Below, piece after piece: positions 62,606-64,000 of a DNA stretch of 64,000 bases (position 1 is the stretch's first letter; every line of letters starts with the position of its first letter). The translations under genes and the position numbers were made by a program. Source of the DNA: a virus. Where the stretch lies: positions 3,952 to 67,951 of the IMG/VR virus record IMGVR_UViG_3300027831_000001; one strand, written 5' to 3'. Under the pieces are notes generated by a model that did no database searches, was not told the DNA's origin, and saw nothing but the letters and a program-made list of their open reading frames with translations.

Positions 62606-63025
62606 ATGCCCGCACGAGCTGCTACGGTCGCTGACGTCCTGGCCCTCCCCGGACTCACGGAGGCCACGGAGGGCCAGATCCAGACGGCCCTCACCCAGAC
62701 GGCGCCGCTCGTGGCCGTGCAGCGCTTCCGGGCCCTCACGAGCGAAGCTCATGCCTACCGGGCGGCGCACTGGCTCTGGAGCATGCCGGGACTTGGCTTG
62801 GCTGGCGATGGGCTGGACACCGGCGAGGCCCTGGGCCCGCTGGCGAGCGAGTCAGACGGGCCGGCGGCGCGCTCCTTCGGGGCCGTGGCGTCCAGCGAGG
62901 CCGTACCGGGGAGCGACGCGGATCTACTGCGCAGCCCCTACGGCCGGGCGTTCCTCGACGTGCGCCGGGCCGTGCGGGGTTGGGGCATGGCCCGGGTCGG
63001 CGGCGATCCGTACCAGCCCGTCTAG
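62606..63025 (+). CDS. Head-tail adaptor (DUF4054-type)
   Basis: AYRAAHWL, ASES.G..ARSF and L.SPYGR.F...RR. Confidence 0.8.
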   Translation: MPARAATVADVLALPGLTEATEGQIQTALTQTAPLVAVQRFRALTSEAHAYRAAHWLWSMPGLGLAGDGLDTGEALGPLASESDGPAARSFGAVASSEAVPGSDADLLRSPYGRAFLDVRRAVRGWGMARVGGDPYQPV

Positions 63026-63417
63026 TACAGGTTCGCCCCTTCCTTCGTCACGAAGGAGAGGAACCGCGGCCCGGGCCACGGCACGCCGTCGAGCCGCGCG
63101 CGTATGGCCTCGCGCAGATCGTACTGCGCCGACTCAGCCGCCTCGCTGGGGGAGCGCCAGATCCCACGCGCGCCCATGCGACCATGCTGCACCGCCTCAT
63201 CGATCTCTTCCGGTGTCGCATGCTCCGCGACAACTGGACACGACGTGATAATCCGGCGGGCGTATCCGTCAGGATCTTCAAGGGCGGCGGTCCAGTCGGC
63301 CGCCCATTCGGGCACGATGCCGAGTCGCATGAGCCGCAGTGGCCCGCCGTAGCGGGCGCAGATCACGGCATTCGTCAAGGCAACATGAGGTTTTCTTCCG
63401 TCCAGAGCTGTGTGCAT
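63022..63417 (-). CDS. Hypothetical protein
   Basis: GGAG RBS; shared CTAG stop. Confidence 0.6.
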   Translation of the reverse strand: MHTALDGRKPHVALTNAVICARYGGPLRLMRLGIVPEWAADWTAALEDPDGYARRIITSCPVVAEHATPEEIDEAVQHGRMGARGIWRSPSEAAESAQYDLREAIRARLDGVPWPGPRFLSFVTKEGANLY

Positions 63418-63546
63418 TGTTGGTTCTCCACTGGCCCACCCCCTCGGGCGTGAGCCGTCGGGGGTCGGGGGTCGGGGCTATTTGCCGTGGTACGGGCCCG
63501 GCGACAGTGTCCTCGCGTAGAACGTTGATGAGCAGGGTTGGGTCGG

Positions 63547-63777
63547 TCAGGCGGCAGACTTGCGCTCGCCCACGATTCGACCCGCGGGCGTTGGGGTAAA
63601 GCGGCAGTTCTTGACGACCACCATTCCGCTGCGGAAAAGCGCGCGCATGGTGTCGCGTCGGACGATGCGACCATCGACCATCGTTCGGAACCCGGAAAGC
63701 ACCGGTGTCGAGGCGACGCAGATCGCGGAAAGCACGTGCTTTTGCGCATCGGTGAGTGGTTTGGGCTCGGTCGTCAT
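63547..63777 (-). CDS. Small winged-helix-like protein
   Basis: LTDAQK.VL ... T.RAL.R.GMV ... TPAGR. Confidence 0.6.
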   Translation of the reverse strand: MTTEPKPLTDAQKHVLSAICVASTPVLSGFRTMVDGRIVRRDTMRALFRSGMVVVKNCRFTPTPAGRIVGERKSAA

Positions 63778-63823
63778 GGTGGCGGGTCTCGGTGAGGGAA
63801 GCGGGCGAAGGGGCCCCGGTGGG

Positions 63824-63997
63824 CTAGGCGCTCAGCCGGGCAGCCTCGGCGAGCAGCCGGCGGCGGATGTCGTGGCGGCTGGAGCTGGGCGTCCCGAAGT
63901 CGCACGCGGCGTCTAGTGCCGCGTGCTCGCCGGGGTAGTGCTCGAGCAGCTGCTCGGCGCGAGCGCGGAGGGTGGCGGGGGTCTCGGTGGCGGGCAT
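63824..63997 (-). CDS. 57-aa hypothetical protein (MPATETP...)
   Basis: Translated by hand; TAG stop. Confidence 0.5.
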   Translation of the reverse strand: MPATETPATLRARAEQLLEHYPGEHAALDAACDFGTPSSSRHDIRRRLLAEAARLSA

Positions 63998-64000
63998 GAT

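Noticed and set aside
245-63025. TAG stop-codon reassignment
   Set aside because: TAG ends conserved proteins at their expected C-termini, and no recognised gene is interrupted by TAG
652-63826. CTAG as a site-specific recombination (integron-like cassette) crossover
   Set aside because: No recombinase or attC-like flanking structure; a C-ending last codon plus TAG explains it more simply
1-64000. Many long overlapping ORFs in the six-frame track (e.g. 2752-4200-, 7954-9426-, 25420-26790-, 32680-34227-, 58807-60387-)
   Set aside because: Shadow ORFs typical of high-GC DNA: Arg/Pro/Gly-rich, antisense to motif-bearing genes and lacking the promoter signatures
1-64000. CRISPR array, integrase, transposase or reverse transcriptase/DGR
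   Set aside because: No regularly spaced repeat-spacer array and no recognisable catalytic motifs by eye

Overview
The window is a very GC-rich, apparently near-complete tailed-phage genome of the contractile-tail (myovirus) type. Head genes near the right end continue logically into head-closure, neck and tail genes at the left end. It encodes TerS/TerL, portal, MuF, a DUF2213-type protease/scaffold, decoration protein, major capsid protein, neck, sheath, tube, tape measure, baseplate and fibre proteins. It also encodes an amidase, an SLT-like protein, a replication initiator with iterons, a DnaC-like ATPase, ERF, gp157-like, RecR-like and RusA proteins, three DNA methyltransferases, a sigma-70-family factor and a stand-alone sigma region-4 protein. 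I found no integrase, clear repressor or CRISPR array. The organisation is unusual: virion genes (all + strand) are scattered among small non-structural cassettes. Most transcription units begin with a -10-like hexamer 6-7 nt before the start codon, implying leaderless mRNAs. These promoters fall into a virion/lysis class (TAGCCT-C-rich) and a host-sigma-like class (TTGAC/TAGCC-17 nt-TG-extended -10). About 17 non-structural genes begin with the same octamer, RTGAGCAC. A candidate ~80-nt sRNA (55356-55435) carries two tandem antisense copies of that octamer. Other RNA candidates are a tmRNA tRNA-like domain with no mRNA-like domain (62021-62106, - strand) and two tandem promoter/terminator-flanked tRNA-like RNAs (31762-32077). 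All family assignments are by eye from motifs and synteny; no database search was run.
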